From: Oscillospiraceae bacterium
GTDB taxonomy: Bacteria > Bacillota > Clostridia > Oscillospirales > CAG-272
NCBI GenBank assembly: GCA_015064155.1
Contig: SVST01000007.1
Coordinates: 10,077-74,076 of the forward strand
DNA: 64,000 bases
Direction of reading: 5' to 3'
Both the position numbers and the translations under genes were made by a program. Positions 50,172 through 59,387 of this stretch are shown in pieces. The notes below the pieces were generated by a model. It saw only the letters and a program-made list of their open reading frames with translations. It searched no databases and was not told the DNA's origin. Each line of letters starts with the position of its first letter. Position 1 is the stretch's first letter.

Positions 50172-50954
50172 TTATCCTTCTTCTTCGTTTGAAGTCGTTT
50201 CGTTTTGGTAAGCCTTGATTCCTTGCATCCCCGCATTCATTTTGAAGCCGTCGATCTCTCCCCGTTGCATGGCACCGAAGATGCGGTAGCGTAAGCCGTC
50301 GTGCTTGCGGTCCAGCTCGGTAATCAGCTGCTTCATTTCCTCACGCTGGGTGTTTCCGTCGGCAGGGCAGGAGGATTTGACTACGGGCAGATCGACCTTC
50401 TTGGCAAAATACCGTACGTCCTTTTCGGGCATGTACAGCATGGGACGAATCACCTTGATTCCAACGCGGGAGAGGTACGTGACGGGCGAAAAGCAACCGA
50501 TTCTTCCCTCAAAAAAGAGGTTGAGCATAAAGGTTTCCACGGCATCGTCGAAATGGTGTCCCAACGCAACGGCAGTGCATCCCAGCTCCTTGGCGGCATT
50601 GTTCAAGGCACCGCGCCGCATCTTGGCACAGAGCGAGCAGGGATTTTTTTCCTTTCGCACGTCAAAGATGATTTTGGAAATCTCGGTGGGCACGATGTGG
50701 TAGGGGACGTTCAATTCGTCGCAAAGCCTTTGGATGGGAGAAAAATCGGTACCCTCAAATCCCATGTCAATCGTGATTGCGATCAGCTCAAACGGAACGG
50801 GATAAAAGCGGCGAAGCTCTGCCATGGCGCAAAGAAGTGTCAAAGAGTCCTTGCCGGCAGACACGCCCACCGCAATTTTGTCACCCGGCTCAATCATTTG
50901 GTAGTCGTCCAATGCGCGCCGTGTAAAGCTTAAAATTCGTTTGATTTGTTCCAT
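50172..50954 (-). CDS. ttcA: tRNA 2-thiocytidine biosynthesis protein TtcA
   Basis: SAGKDS PP-loop, CSLCAKMRRG, GHHFDD, IRPM, CP. Confidence 0.9.
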   Translation of the reverse strand: MEQIKRILSFTRRALDDYQMIEPGDKIAVGVSAGKDSLTLLCAMAELRRFYPVPFELIAITIDMGFEGTDFSPIQRLCDELNVPYHIVPTEISKIIFDVRKEKNPCSLCAKMRRGALNNAAKELGCTAVALGHHFDDAVETFMLNLFFEGRIGCFSPVTYLSRVGIKVIRPMLYMPEKDVRYFAKKVDLPVVKSSCPADGNTQREEMKQLITELDRKHDGLRYRIFGAMQRGEIDGFKMNAGMQGIKAYQNETTSNEEEG

Positions 50955-51033
50955 ATATCTCCTTGAAAATAAGTGACAACAGGTGGTTCACCGTGATGTG
51001 TGAACCACCTGTGTGGAAGGCTTTTTCAAGCTG

Positions 51034-51195
51034 TTATTCTTCCTCTTTTTCTTTGTCGTTTTCCAAGCCATCCGGCAACTCGTCGGCGTCAACCGTCAAA
51101 GAACGGATGTGCCTTAGCTCGTGGATCACACCGATTGCAACCAGCGTCGTCGCAACAGCGGCAATTCCAAGACCGATTAAAAGCTTCTTATTCAT
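51034..51195 (-). CDS. Small single-TM protein (53 aa), below the ORF-track cutoff
   Basis: MNKKLLIGLGIAAVATTLVAIGVIHELRHIRSLTVDADELPDGLENDKEKEEE; AAGGAG RBS; hairpin downstream. Confidence 0.7.
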   Translation of the reverse strand: MNKKLLIGLGIAAVATTLVAIGVIHELRHIRSLTVDADELPDGLENDKEKEEE

Positions 51196-51221
51196 CGTGT
51201 ATCTCCTTTGTCATAGAGTTT

Positions 51222-52025
51222 TCATTGATAGAATCTATTGGGGAAACTGCAGGTGTCATAGATTGCCTGCGCGTTCTCGGAAAGGCGTCGTGTCTTTTCG
51301 TTCGCACCTTTCGATTTTTGATAGAGGATCAGGGGGGGCGTTACGCGCATGGCGGGAGAAGCACCCTTGACCGCCTCGGTAAGGACCATACAAGGCTCGC
51401 TTTCGGTGTCTGCATAGACCACGGTCATGCGTTTCGGGGCAAGCTTTGCCTCGTGCAACGCGTAAAACAACTCACTGAGTCGGTCGGGTCGCCAGACGGT
51501 TAAAAATCGACCGCCGTGCTTCAAAAGCCTTGCGGCTGCGGCGCAAAAATCCTCAATACCGCCGCAAACCTCATGTCTCGCGACGTATTTTTCGTCGTGG
51601 ACGTTGCGCTTTCCGCTGTCGGTGCGCATATAGGGAGGATTGGCGGTGACCAAATCCACCTCTCTTCCCAGGGTGCTTGCCGAAAGGGTGCGGATATCGG
51701 CACACAAGGGCGTGATGCGGTTGCCAAGCTCGTTGATGGCGGCATTTCGTTCGATCAGGTCAACGAAAGCCGGTTGAATTTCCACGGCAACCCCCGATGC
51801 GATTTTGTTTTTGGAAAGCAACAAGAGGGGGATGATTCCCGTGCCGCTTCCGAGATCGACCGCGCGTGCCGAGGGAGTTTTCCGTGCAAATGCCGCGAGC
51901 AGATACGCATCGGTTCCAAAGGTCAATCCGTTTTTCTTTTGGATCAGGGATAGATTTTCGTTGATCTCGTCCAATCGCTCATCCTCAAAAAGTCTTGGAG
52001 CTGACGTATCGGAGCTGGGATTCAT
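51222..52025 (-). CDS. tRNA1(Val) A37 N6-methyltransferase-like (YabB/TrmN6)
   Basis: FGTDAYLLA, DLGSGTG, VEIQ, NPPY, ARHE. Confidence 0.9.
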   Translation of the reverse strand: MNPSSDTSAPRLFEDERLDEINENLSLIQKKNGLTFGTDAYLLAAFARKTPSARAVDLGSGTGIIPLLLLSKNKIASGVAVEIQPAFVDLIERNAAINELGNRITPLCADIRTLSASTLGREVDLVTANPPYMRTDSGKRNVHDEKYVARHEVCGGIEDFCAAAARLLKHGGRFLTVWRPDRLSELFYALHEAKLAPKRMTVVYADTESEPCMVLTEAVKGASPAMRVTPPLILYQKSKGANEKTRRLSENAQAIYDTCSFPNRFYQ

Positions 52026-52133
52026 AGCGGTTTCCTCTTTTATATCGAATCAATCCAAGGGATTGTGTGTGTTCAAAACAGAAGGCGGAGCAGGCAGAAA
52101 AGCTTGCTCCGCCTTTTGCGGGGTGGATGTAGA

Positions 52134-52304
52134 TTAAGCCTCCTGAGCAGCTGCTACAGGGCAAGCCTCGGCACAAGCGCCACAGCTTACGCACTTATCT
52201 GCATCGATGTCATACTTACCGTCGCCCTCAACAATTGCATCCATAGGGCAAGCCTCAGCGCATGCGCCGCAAGCGATGCAATCATCAGAAATCTTATATG
52301 CCAT
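52134..52304 (-). CDS. 2[4Fe-4S] clostridial ferredoxin
   Basis: CIACGACAEACP and CVSCGACAEACP; AGGAGG RBS. Confidence 0.95.
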   Translation of the reverse strand: MAYKISDDCIACGACAEACPMDAIVEGDGKYDIDADKCVSCGACAEACPVAAAQEA

Positions 52305-52472
52305 TGGTTTTACACCTCCTGTGTGATTTTTTAACAGTACCGCGCCACAGCACGGCACCGTTTGATACTACTATTGTATCATATTTTTTCGTTTTTGCAA
52401 CTGTTTTTTACAATTTTTTTTGAATTTTTTTCAAAATTTCAGACCAACGTTACGTCAATAGGGAGAAAACGG

Positions 52473-53876
52473 TTAAGAGCCCGCGTTTTCCTTGGGGTCA
52501 TTCCCCTTTTTTTCCTTGCCGATGACGGTAACGTCGTCACGGTGATACTGCTTTGGGGCGGTGTCGGGATTGTCCTTGAGGACGACGCGAACCGTGCCTG
52601 CCAAGGGGGTGGACCCGATGACCACGCCAACACCGTCGGGGGTACGCACGAGCGAGTCGTTGGACGGGGTTTTTCGAATTTCCTCCGCATAAACCTCGGA
52701 TTCATAACGCAGACAGCACATCAGTCTTCCGCAAACACCGGAAATCTTTGCCGAATTGAGCGAGAGATTCTGATCCTTTGCCATTTTGATCGAAACCTGT
52801 GCAAAGTCAGGCAGGAACGTCGAACAGCAAAGGGGTCTTCCGCAAGCACCGATTCCGCCGAGAATCTTTGCCTCGTCGCGGATTCCGATCTGACGAAGTT
52901 CAATGCGCGTACGGAATACCGATGCCAGATCCTTGACCAGCTCGCGGAAGTCTACGCGTCCCTCTGCCGCAAAGTAGAAGAGAAGCTTGGAGCCGTCGAA
53001 CGCATACTGCACCTCAATCAGCTTCATTTCAAGACCGTGCTTTGCAATCTTTTCCTGGCAAATTCCGAAAGCCTTGGATTCCTTTTCGCGATTTTCCTCA
53101 TTTTTTGCCACGTCCGCGGGGGTTGCGATGCGCAGTAGCGGGCGCAAGGGAGAAACCACGTGATCGGCACTGATTTTGGTGTTGGCAAGGCAGACCTCAC
53201 CGAACTCGGGACCTCGCGTCGTTTCAACGATTACCGAGTCGCCCTTTGCCGCCTGCAAGCGATTGGGATCAAAATAATACATTTTTCCTGCCGAACGGAA
53301 GCGGACACCGACAACCTCAATGGGCGGTGCTTCCTCTTTTGGGGGATCGATTGCCTGAGAGTTATCGAGCTGTAGATCGGCAGACTGTTCCGTGTCTGCG
53401 ATTTTTGGGGGCTCTTCCGAAACGGGGGCGGGCTCCGGCTGTGCCGAATAAGCGGTGGGGACGGTGCCGTCTGCCGCCTTCAAAACGATCTGTGCGCGCA
53501 ACTCGGAAAGCGCGATCTCCTGCTTATTGGGGGCTTCGTAAGGATCGTAGGGACGGCTCTCGGGATCGCGGCGGTATCCGTTCCCCTGTTGTCTTCTGTT
53601 GCCCGAACGGTCATTTCTACGGTTATGATGCGCATGATGCGCTTGATTTTTCTCGGTGCGAGTGGGGTCGGCAGGCTTTTCGGGTGTCTCCCGCACTGCT
53701 TCTGCGGCAGGATCTGCCGACGCGGCGGTTGTCATCTCACTCTTTTCGGGATGCGGACGGTTTGGGTGTTTATGGTGACGGCGGTGGTGATTTCTGCGGC
53801 CATGTCCCGCCTTTCCACCGCCGTTTTCCGTATGCTCTGCGGAAACGGGGGCAGAATTTTGATTCTGATCTGTCAT
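52473..53876 (-). CDS. yaaT: PSP1/YaaT (RicT) protein with long N-terminal extension
   Basis: YYFDP, RVDFRELVKDLA, TRIELRQIG, GACGRPLCC, SGVCGRLMCCLRYE. Confidence 0.9.
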   Translation of the reverse strand: MTDQNQNSAPVSAEHTENGGGKAGHGRRNHHRRHHKHPNRPHPEKSEMTTAASADPAAEAVRETPEKPADPTRTEKNQAHHAHHNRRNDRSGNRRQQGNGYRRDPESRPYDPYEAPNKQEIALSELRAQIVLKAADGTVPTAYSAQPEPAPVSEEPPKIADTEQSADLQLDNSQAIDPPKEEAPPIEVVGVRFRSAGKMYYFDPNRLQAAKGDSVIVETTRGPEFGEVCLANTKISADHVVSPLRPLLRIATPADVAKNEENREKESKAFGICQEKIAKHGLEMKLIEVQYAFDGSKLLFYFAAEGRVDFRELVKDLASVFRTRIELRQIGIRDEAKILGGIGACGRPLCCSTFLPDFAQVSIKMAKDQNLSLNSAKISGVCGRLMCCLRYESEVYAEEIRKTPSNDSLVRTPDGVGVVIGSTPLAGTVRVVLKDNPDTAPKQYHRDDVTVIGKEKKGNDPKENAGS

Positions 53877-53914
53877 AGTACAATCCTTTCTATGGAACTC
53901 ATGGCAAAGTGCCA

Positions 53915-54946
53915 TTAAAACAATCCGGTTGCGGTTGCAAACGCGGTTAAGGTCAAGCGCACGTTTGCGTTTCGCTGCAGCGTATCAACGGTTTCGTCGA
54001 TTTTTGCACACAGCGACAATAGCTCGGGTGTGGTGAAGTGATAGGCAAAATCGAATGCATCCTCGCTTTTGGCGAAAAAGCAGAGGGGTGCCGTTTCGGT
54101 TTGCTTCACCAGCAGCAGATCGCGCATACAATACAAAAACAGCTGCATCTGTTCAATCAGCTCCTCTCTTTTCTGAGGCAGCTTTTTCAAGAAGAGAAAA
54201 GAGGTCGCGCTGTTTTTACGGACGGAAACCAGCCTTGCAAATTCGCGTGCGTTGTTTCGCAGCTGCAAAATCGGTTCTCTGGTTTTTGGATTCAAGAGCC
54301 TTAACGCGGTTCCGATGCTTCCGTTTGCCGCGGCAAGAACCTCGAAATATTCCTGCTCGTTACTCTTTTTGAGCTGTGCGGCATCGGCGTTTGTTTTGGA
54401 AATACAACGGTCGATCGCCTCGATCGGGATTGGCTCGAGGCGCAAGGTGGGCGCGCGGCTTCGAACCGTGTCCAAAAGCGTGGCTGCGGTGTCGCACAGT
54501 AACAAGAACAGCACGTATGGGGGAGGCTCCTCCAGGGTCAGAAGCAAGGCGTTTTGTGCCTGCTCGGTGAGCAGATGCGCCTCCTCAATGACGTAAACCT
54601 TTGTTGAGATATCGTTTGGCGGAACCAGAACGTCGCTTTTTAAAAAGCGTACGACGTCCACACCGATCGTAGCGGTATCCTCGCGCCGGACGTAGATGAT
54701 GTCGGGGCAATTTCCGCCAAAGATCCTCCGGCACTGCGTGCAGTGCATGCAGGGAAGTGCGGCACTTTCATCCCGTTGTGCCTCGCATCCGATCGCCGCG
54801 GCAATCCGCTGTGCCAGCATATGCTTTCCGCTGCCGCGCGGTCCCTCAATGACGTAGGCATGTGCAAGCTTTTGCGTTAGAATATCGTTCGACAGCCGTT
54901 TCAGAAGCTCGCGGTTTCCAACCATATCCGAAAAAACAGGTTTCAT
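53915..54946 (-). CDS. holB: DNA polymerase III delta-prime subunit
   Basis: HAYVIEGPRGSGK, C..CMHCTQC zinc site, AQNALLLTLEEPP, TVRSR. Confidence 0.9.
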   Translation of the reverse strand: MKPVFSDMVGNRELLKRLSNDILTQKLAHAYVIEGPRGSGKHMLAQRIAAAIGCEAQRDESAALPCMHCTQCRRIFGGNCPDIIYVRREDTATIGVDVVRFLKSDVLVPPNDISTKVYVIEEAHLLTEQAQNALLLTLEEPPPYVLFLLLCDTAATLLDTVRSRAPTLRLEPIPIEAIDRCISKTNADAAQLKKSNEQEYFEVLAAANGSIGTALRLLNPKTREPILQLRNNAREFARLVSVRKNSATSFLFLKKLPQKREELIEQMQLFLYCMRDLLLVKQTETAPLCFFAKSEDAFDFAYHFTTPELLSLCAKIDETVDTLQRNANVRLTLTAFATATGLF

Positions 54947-55085
54947 GCCAAGGCTCCTTTCCGACGCATTCAAACGATTCCTATTTATTATAGCAGTTTT
55001 CCTCTCTTTTGTCAAGACACCCGTGTGGATTGTCTTTATATACGGATCGTTTTTTTCTTGTATTCGCAGTTCTTGGTCCCCTTTT

Positions 55086-55114
55086 GTATAATTTGAGAAA
55101 AGCAGAACAAACTA
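55086..55114 (+). promoter_or_regulatory. Putative sigma-G (forespore) promoter
   Basis: GTATA-17-CAAACTA. Confidence 0.6.
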
Positions 55115-55149
55115 ACCTTAGCTTCAAAAAAGGGAAAGGGGGTGAAAAA

Positions 55150-55602
55150 ATGACGGAAACAGTAGCACAAGGAAGGACAGAAGCACTTTTGAATACGGCA
55201 TACAAAACCGTCAAATCGGCAAGCGAATTGATCTTGAATCTGATGCCAAAGGTGAAGGACGAGCAATTGAAGAGCGATATGACGGTACACCTGAGTGCAT
55301 TGGAGGCATTTTCTTCGCGTACGGTCAAGCTGTTGGCAGAGGAAAATGCCAAGCCCGAGGAGGAAAGCACCGTTACAAAAATGTCGGCAAAATTGGGAAG
55401 CATGATGAACACGCTGTTGGATTCGGGCAACTCGCGCCTTGCCGAATTGATGATTGAAAACGCGACGTCGGGGGTTAGCGAATTGACGCGTACCTTACGG
55501 GAATCCGAAAACCTCGGTGTATCGGAGAGTGCTCTTCGATTGAGTCGCGACGTATGTACGTTTGAGGAAAAGCGGATTCAAAAAATGAAGGAATATTTGT
55601 GA
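55150..55602 (+). CDS. Helical hypothetical protein, paralog of 44635..45069
   Basis: Shared VKD..LK, A[DE]LM, EEK..YL pattern; first gene of spore-coat operon. Confidence 0.75.
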   Translation: MTETVAQGRTEALLNTAYKTVKSASELILNLMPKVKDEQLKSDMTVHLSALEAFSSRTVKLLAEENAKPEEESTVTKMSAKLGSMMNTLLDSGNSRLAELMIENATSGVSELTRTLRESENLGVSESALRLSRDVCTFEEKRIQKMKEYL

Positions 55603-55612
55603 GGGAGAAAAG

Positions 55613-55798
55613 ATGGCACAGATCACACAAAAAGAGCTTTCGGCAATTTCGGATCTTTTGACAATGGAAGAAAATCTGGTACAGAAATACAAATGCTATG
55701 CTTGTCAGACCACCGATGTGTCGTTGAAAAATCAATACGAGCAGATCGCGGCGCGGCACCGGCGTCACTATGATGAGCTGTATGCAAATCTGAAGTAA
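55613..55798 (+). CDS. Small spore-coat-associated protein
   Basis: ITQKELSAISDLL.MEENLVQKY..H..HY..L (Coat F-like half). Confidence 0.75.
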   Translation: MAQITQKELSAISDLLTMEENLVQKYKCYACQTTDVSLKNQYEQIAARHRRHYDELYANLK

Positions 55799-55810
55799 GG
55801 AGGAATCGTG

Positions 55811-56086
55811 ATGAATTCGGGTATGCAAAACACGTCCGGAATGAGCGAAAAAGAGGTTTTGACCGATCTCTTATCATCGCAGAAGTTCATTACGGGTGCC
55901 TACAACACCTTTTGCTGTGAGGCGGCTGAGCCTTCGGTGAAGAGCTGCTTGATGTCGATGCTGGAGGACGAGCATCGGATCCAGCAGGAGCTGTTTCAAA
56001 CGATGAGCCAAAAGGGATTTTATCAAACCGAAAAGGCAGAGGAAACCAAGATCCAACAGGCAAAGCAGCAATTTTCAAAGAACTGA
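55811..56086 (+). CDS. Spore coat protein, CotF family
   Basis: SEKEVLTDLLSSQK, YN...EAA, EHRIQQELFQTMSQKGFY. Confidence 0.85.
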   Translation: MNSGMQNTSGMSEKEVLTDLLSSQKFITGAYNTFCCEAAEPSVKSCLMSMLEDEHRIQQELFQTMSQKGFYQTEKAEETKIQQAKQQFSKN

Positions 56087-56130
56087 AAGAAACCGCCCAA
56101 CGCAGAAACGCGCGTTGGGCGGTTAGCCGT

Positions 56131-56739
56131 TTATTTCTCGGGGTCGAGGTACTTCCAATAAGACACAATATAGTTGATGCCCGACCAAAGCGTAAAGACC
56201 AGCATCAGCGCGGTGGTTGCGATCGATGCGGGCATAACCTTGAGCATGTCGTTGAGCGAATCGACGTTTTGATAGATCATAGGCTCTGCGATACAGCAGA
56301 CCACGCAAGCGATCTGCGTGCAGGTCTTGATTTTTCCCAGCATATTTGCGGCAACAACGATGCCGCTGGAGCCAGAAACCACAAGTCGGATTGAGGTGAC
56401 CGCAAGCTCACGGAAAATGACGATCAGCACTGCCCAGAAAAAGAGAGCGTAGAAAAACTCGGATTGACCGTACTGCATGGTTTTGTAGAGCGTTACCATG
56501 AGTGCACCGATGACCATAAACTTATCGGCAAGCGGATCCATGAATTTTCCGAAGTCGGTAATGAGATTGTGCTTGCGTGCGATTTTTCCGTCCAGCATAT
56601 CGGTCAGCGATGCTGCGACGAACAGGACAAGTCCCAAAATGTTTGCCCAAAGCGCGTTGGAGATCATCATAATCACCACGAAAACGGGCACCATGCACAT
56701 ACGCAAAACGGTTAATTTGTTGGGTAAATTCAGTTTCAT
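56131..56739 (-). CDS. pgsA: CDP-diacylglycerol--glycerol-3-phosphate 3-phosphatidyltransferase
   Basis: NLPNKLTVLR, TDMLDGKIARK..TDFGKFMDPLADK. Confidence 0.95.
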   Translation of the reverse strand: MKLNLPNKLTVLRMCMVPVFVVIMMISNALWANILGLVLFVAASLTDMLDGKIARKHNLITDFGKFMDPLADKFMVIGALMVTLYKTMQYGQSEFFYALFFWAVLIVIFRELAVTSIRLVVSGSSGIVVAANMLGKIKTCTQIACVVCCIAEPMIYQNVDSLNDMLKVMPASIATTALMLVFTLWSGINYIVSYWKYLDPEK

Positions 56740-56754
56740 AATAAAATCCTTTCC

Positions 56755-58116
56755 TTAATTCTTGGCGGTTACCAAAAAACCGTACAAATCGTAGTCGATC
56801 ACCTTACGAACCTTTACACGAACGAAGGTGCCGGGGGCAATGCGGGTATCGGCGCGGAAATAAACCTTTCCGTCAATTTCGGGTGCATCGGCGGCACTTC
56901 TGCCGAAATGAACCTCTGCTACGGAGTCGTAATCCTCACAGATCACGTCCACGGTGGTTCCGATCTTTTCTCGGTTCAGTTCCTCGTTGATATCCATTTG
57001 CGAGCGCATCAGGATATCCATGCGATCCTGCTTGGTTTGCTCGTCAATCTGATCGGGGAAGTCGTACGCGGGGGTATCCTCTTCTCTTGAGTAGGTGAAG
57101 ACACCGGCATGATCGAAGCGTTGCTCCTTTACAAATTCGCACAGTTCCTCAAAATCGGCGTCGGTTTCGCCCGGAAAGCCCACGATAAAGGTGGTACGGA
57201 TGACGATGTCGGGGATCTCTTTGCGCAATTTTGCAAGCACCTCTCGGATCATGGCAGCGTCCCCGTGGCGGTTCATCGCGGAGAGCATACGGTCACTGAC
57301 GTGCTGCAAGGGAAGATCGATATACTTGAGAATGCGGGGATTGTCGCGCATTTCGGCAATCAGATCGTCGGTGATCTTGTCGGGGTAACAGTACAAAAGG
57401 CGAATCCACGGAATAGAGGTGTTCTCGGTGATGCCGTGAAGCAGCTCCGAGAGGGCATAGTGACCGTACAGATCCAAGCCATATCTTGTAATATCCTGCG
57501 CAACGATGACAAGCTCCTTGACCCCGAGCGACTCCAGCTGACGTGCCTCGGCAATCAGGTCCTCCATGGGACGGCTGCGGAATTTGCCGCGAATGGAGGG
57601 AATCGCGCAGTAGGCGCAACGGTTGTCGCAGCCCTCGGCAATCTTGAGATATGCGGTGTATTTGGGGGTGGTCAACACGCGGTCGCCGCCCAGCCGAACC
57701 GTGTCCTTATCCTCGTGAGAATAATATTTGTTGGAAACACCCTTTTGCTTTTTTTGTGTGACGGTTTGGATTGCCTTGACGATATTGTGGATGCTTCCGA
57801 CACCCAAAACGGCATCAACCTCGGGCATCTCCTTGAAGATTTCCTCTCCGTAGCGTTCGGCAAGACAGCCCGTGACGATGATCGCCTTGAGGTTGCGATT
57901 CTTTTTCAGCCAAGCCACGTCCAAAATATTGTCGATGGCTTCCTGCTTTGCGCTTTCGATAAAAGCGCAGGTATTGACGATGATAACGTCCGCTTCGATG
58001 TCCTCGGGGGTGATCTCGTAGCCCGCTTCCACAACCTCGTGAAGCATGACCTCGGTATCCAGCTGATTTTTGGGGCATCCCAGCGAAACGAATCCGACTT
58101 TCAAGCTTTTCCTCAT
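56755..58116 (-). CDS. rimO: Ribosomal protein S12 methylthiotransferase
   Basis: SLGCPKN, NTCAFI, EGCDNRCAYC, DAPEIDG. Confidence 0.95.
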   Translation of the reverse strand: MRKSLKVGFVSLGCPKNQLDTEVMLHEVVEAGYEITPEDIEADVIIVNTCAFIESAKQEAIDNILDVAWLKKNRNLKAIIVTGCLAERYGEEIFKEMPEVDAVLGVGSIHNIVKAIQTVTQKKQKGVSNKYYSHEDKDTVRLGGDRVLTTPKYTAYLKIAEGCDNRCAYCAIPSIRGKFRSRPMEDLIAEARQLESLGVKELVIVAQDITRYGLDLYGHYALSELLHGITENTSIPWIRLLYCYPDKITDDLIAEMRDNPRILKYIDLPLQHVSDRMLSAMNRHGDAAMIREVLAKLRKEIPDIVIRTTFIVGFPGETDADFEELCEFVKEQRFDHAGVFTYSREEDTPAYDFPDQIDEQTKQDRMDILMRSQMDINEELNREKIGTTVDVICEDYDSVAEVHFGRSAADAPEIDGKVYFRADTRIAPGTFVRVKVRKVIDYDLYGFLVTAKN

Positions 58117-58349
58117 AGTTTCATTCCTGTTTACTTGATTTATATAACGTTGCACCTCATTATAGCACAGATCTGCTCTTTTTACAAGTCCTTTACTCAA
58201 AAAATAAAAAAAGGGTCTTTTTTAAAAAAAATAAAAAAAGACTTGCAATGGCTTTTTGGAAATGGTATAATAGCATTAAGAAATGTCGATGGAAAGGGCT
58301 TTTGCCCTGCATTGGCGTCGAAATTACAGATAAAGAGAGGTTAGATGAC

Positions 58350-59318
58350 ATGAAACTGAGCGTTCTTGCGAATCTTTACGGCAAAAAAACGTTGGAAGAA
58401 ACCCTGCAGATTTTAACGGGACTTGGTGTACATACCGTTGAGATCGGTGCGGGCGGATATCCCGGAAAGGCGCATTGCAACCCTGCCGAGCTGTTGGCGG
58501 ACGAGAAGAAGTATGATGCCTTTATGGCAACCTTGAAAAAGTATGACGTAACGGTTTGTGCATTGGCAACTCACGGAAACGCACTGCATCCCGATGCGGC
58601 TGTTGCAAAGCAGTTTGATACCGATTTCCGCAATGCGGTGCTTTTGGCAGAAAAGATGGGCGTTGACACCGTGATTACCTTCTCGGGCTGTCCCGGAGAT
58701 CACGAGGGCGCAAAGTACCCCAACTGGGTAACCTGCCCGTGGCCCGAGGATTTCCTTGCCATTCTGGATTGGCAGTGGAATGAAAAGGTGATTCCTTACT
58801 GGAAAGAAGCCGGTGCCTTTGCAGAAGCACATCACGTTCCGCACATTGCTTTTGAGATGCATCCCGGTTTCTGCGTATACAATCCCGAAACACTGCTCCG
58901 TCTGCGCGAGGCTGTCGGTCCCGTGATCGGCGCAAACTTCGACCCCTCGCACTTGATTTGGCAGGGCATGGATCCCGTTGCGGCAATCCGTGAATTGAAG
59001 GGTGCTATTTACCATGTACACGCTAAGGATACCAAGATCGATCCCTACAACACCGCAAAGAACGGTGTATTGGACACCAAGCATTACAGCGATGAGCTGA
59101 ACCGTGCGTGGGTATTCCGTACCGTTGGCTACGGAAACAACGAAACCTATTGGAGAGATCTGGTTTCCAATCTGCGTCTGTGCGGATATGACCGCGTGCT
59201 TTCTATCGAGCATGAGGACAGCCTGATGAGCATTGACGAGGGTCTTCGCAAGGCGGTTGCGTTCCTCAAGGACGTCATCATCGACGAGCCGAAGCCAGGC
59301 ACGATGGCTTGGGCATAA
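58350..59318 (+). CDS. Sugar-phosphate isomerase/epimerase (xylose-isomerase-like TIM barrel)
   Basis: EIGAGGYPG, FEMHPG, NFDPSH, HVHAKD, FRTVGYG, SIEHED. Confidence 0.85.
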   Translation: MKLSVLANLYGKKTLEETLQILTGLGVHTVEIGAGGYPGKAHCNPAELLADEKKYDAFMATLKKYDVTVCALATHGNALHPDAAVAKQFDTDFRNAVLLAEKMGVDTVITFSGCPGDHEGAKYPNWVTCPWPEDFLAILDWQWNEKVIPYWKEAGAFAEAHHVPHIAFEMHPGFCVYNPETLLRLREAVGPVIGANFDPSHLIWQGMDPVAAIRELKGAIYHVHAKDTKIDPYNTAKNGVLDTKHYSDELNRAWVFRTVGYGNNETYWRDLVSNLRLCGYDRVLSIEHEDSLMSIDEGLRKAVAFLKDVIIDEPKPGTMAWA

Positions 59319-59344
59319 GCCTTTTTTCGACCGATCAAAGGGTC

Positions 59345-59386
59345 AAAATCCTCGCGGATTTCCGATTGGGAAGCCGCGAGGATTTT
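59345..59386. terminator. Bidirectional terminator
   Basis: AAAATCCTCGCGG...CCGCGAGGATTTT. Confidence 0.75.
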
Positions 59387-59387
59387 T

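Noticed and set aside
58196-58240. A-rich direct repeat AAAAAATAAAAAAAG
   Set aside because: Low complexity; likely UP elements of divergent promoters
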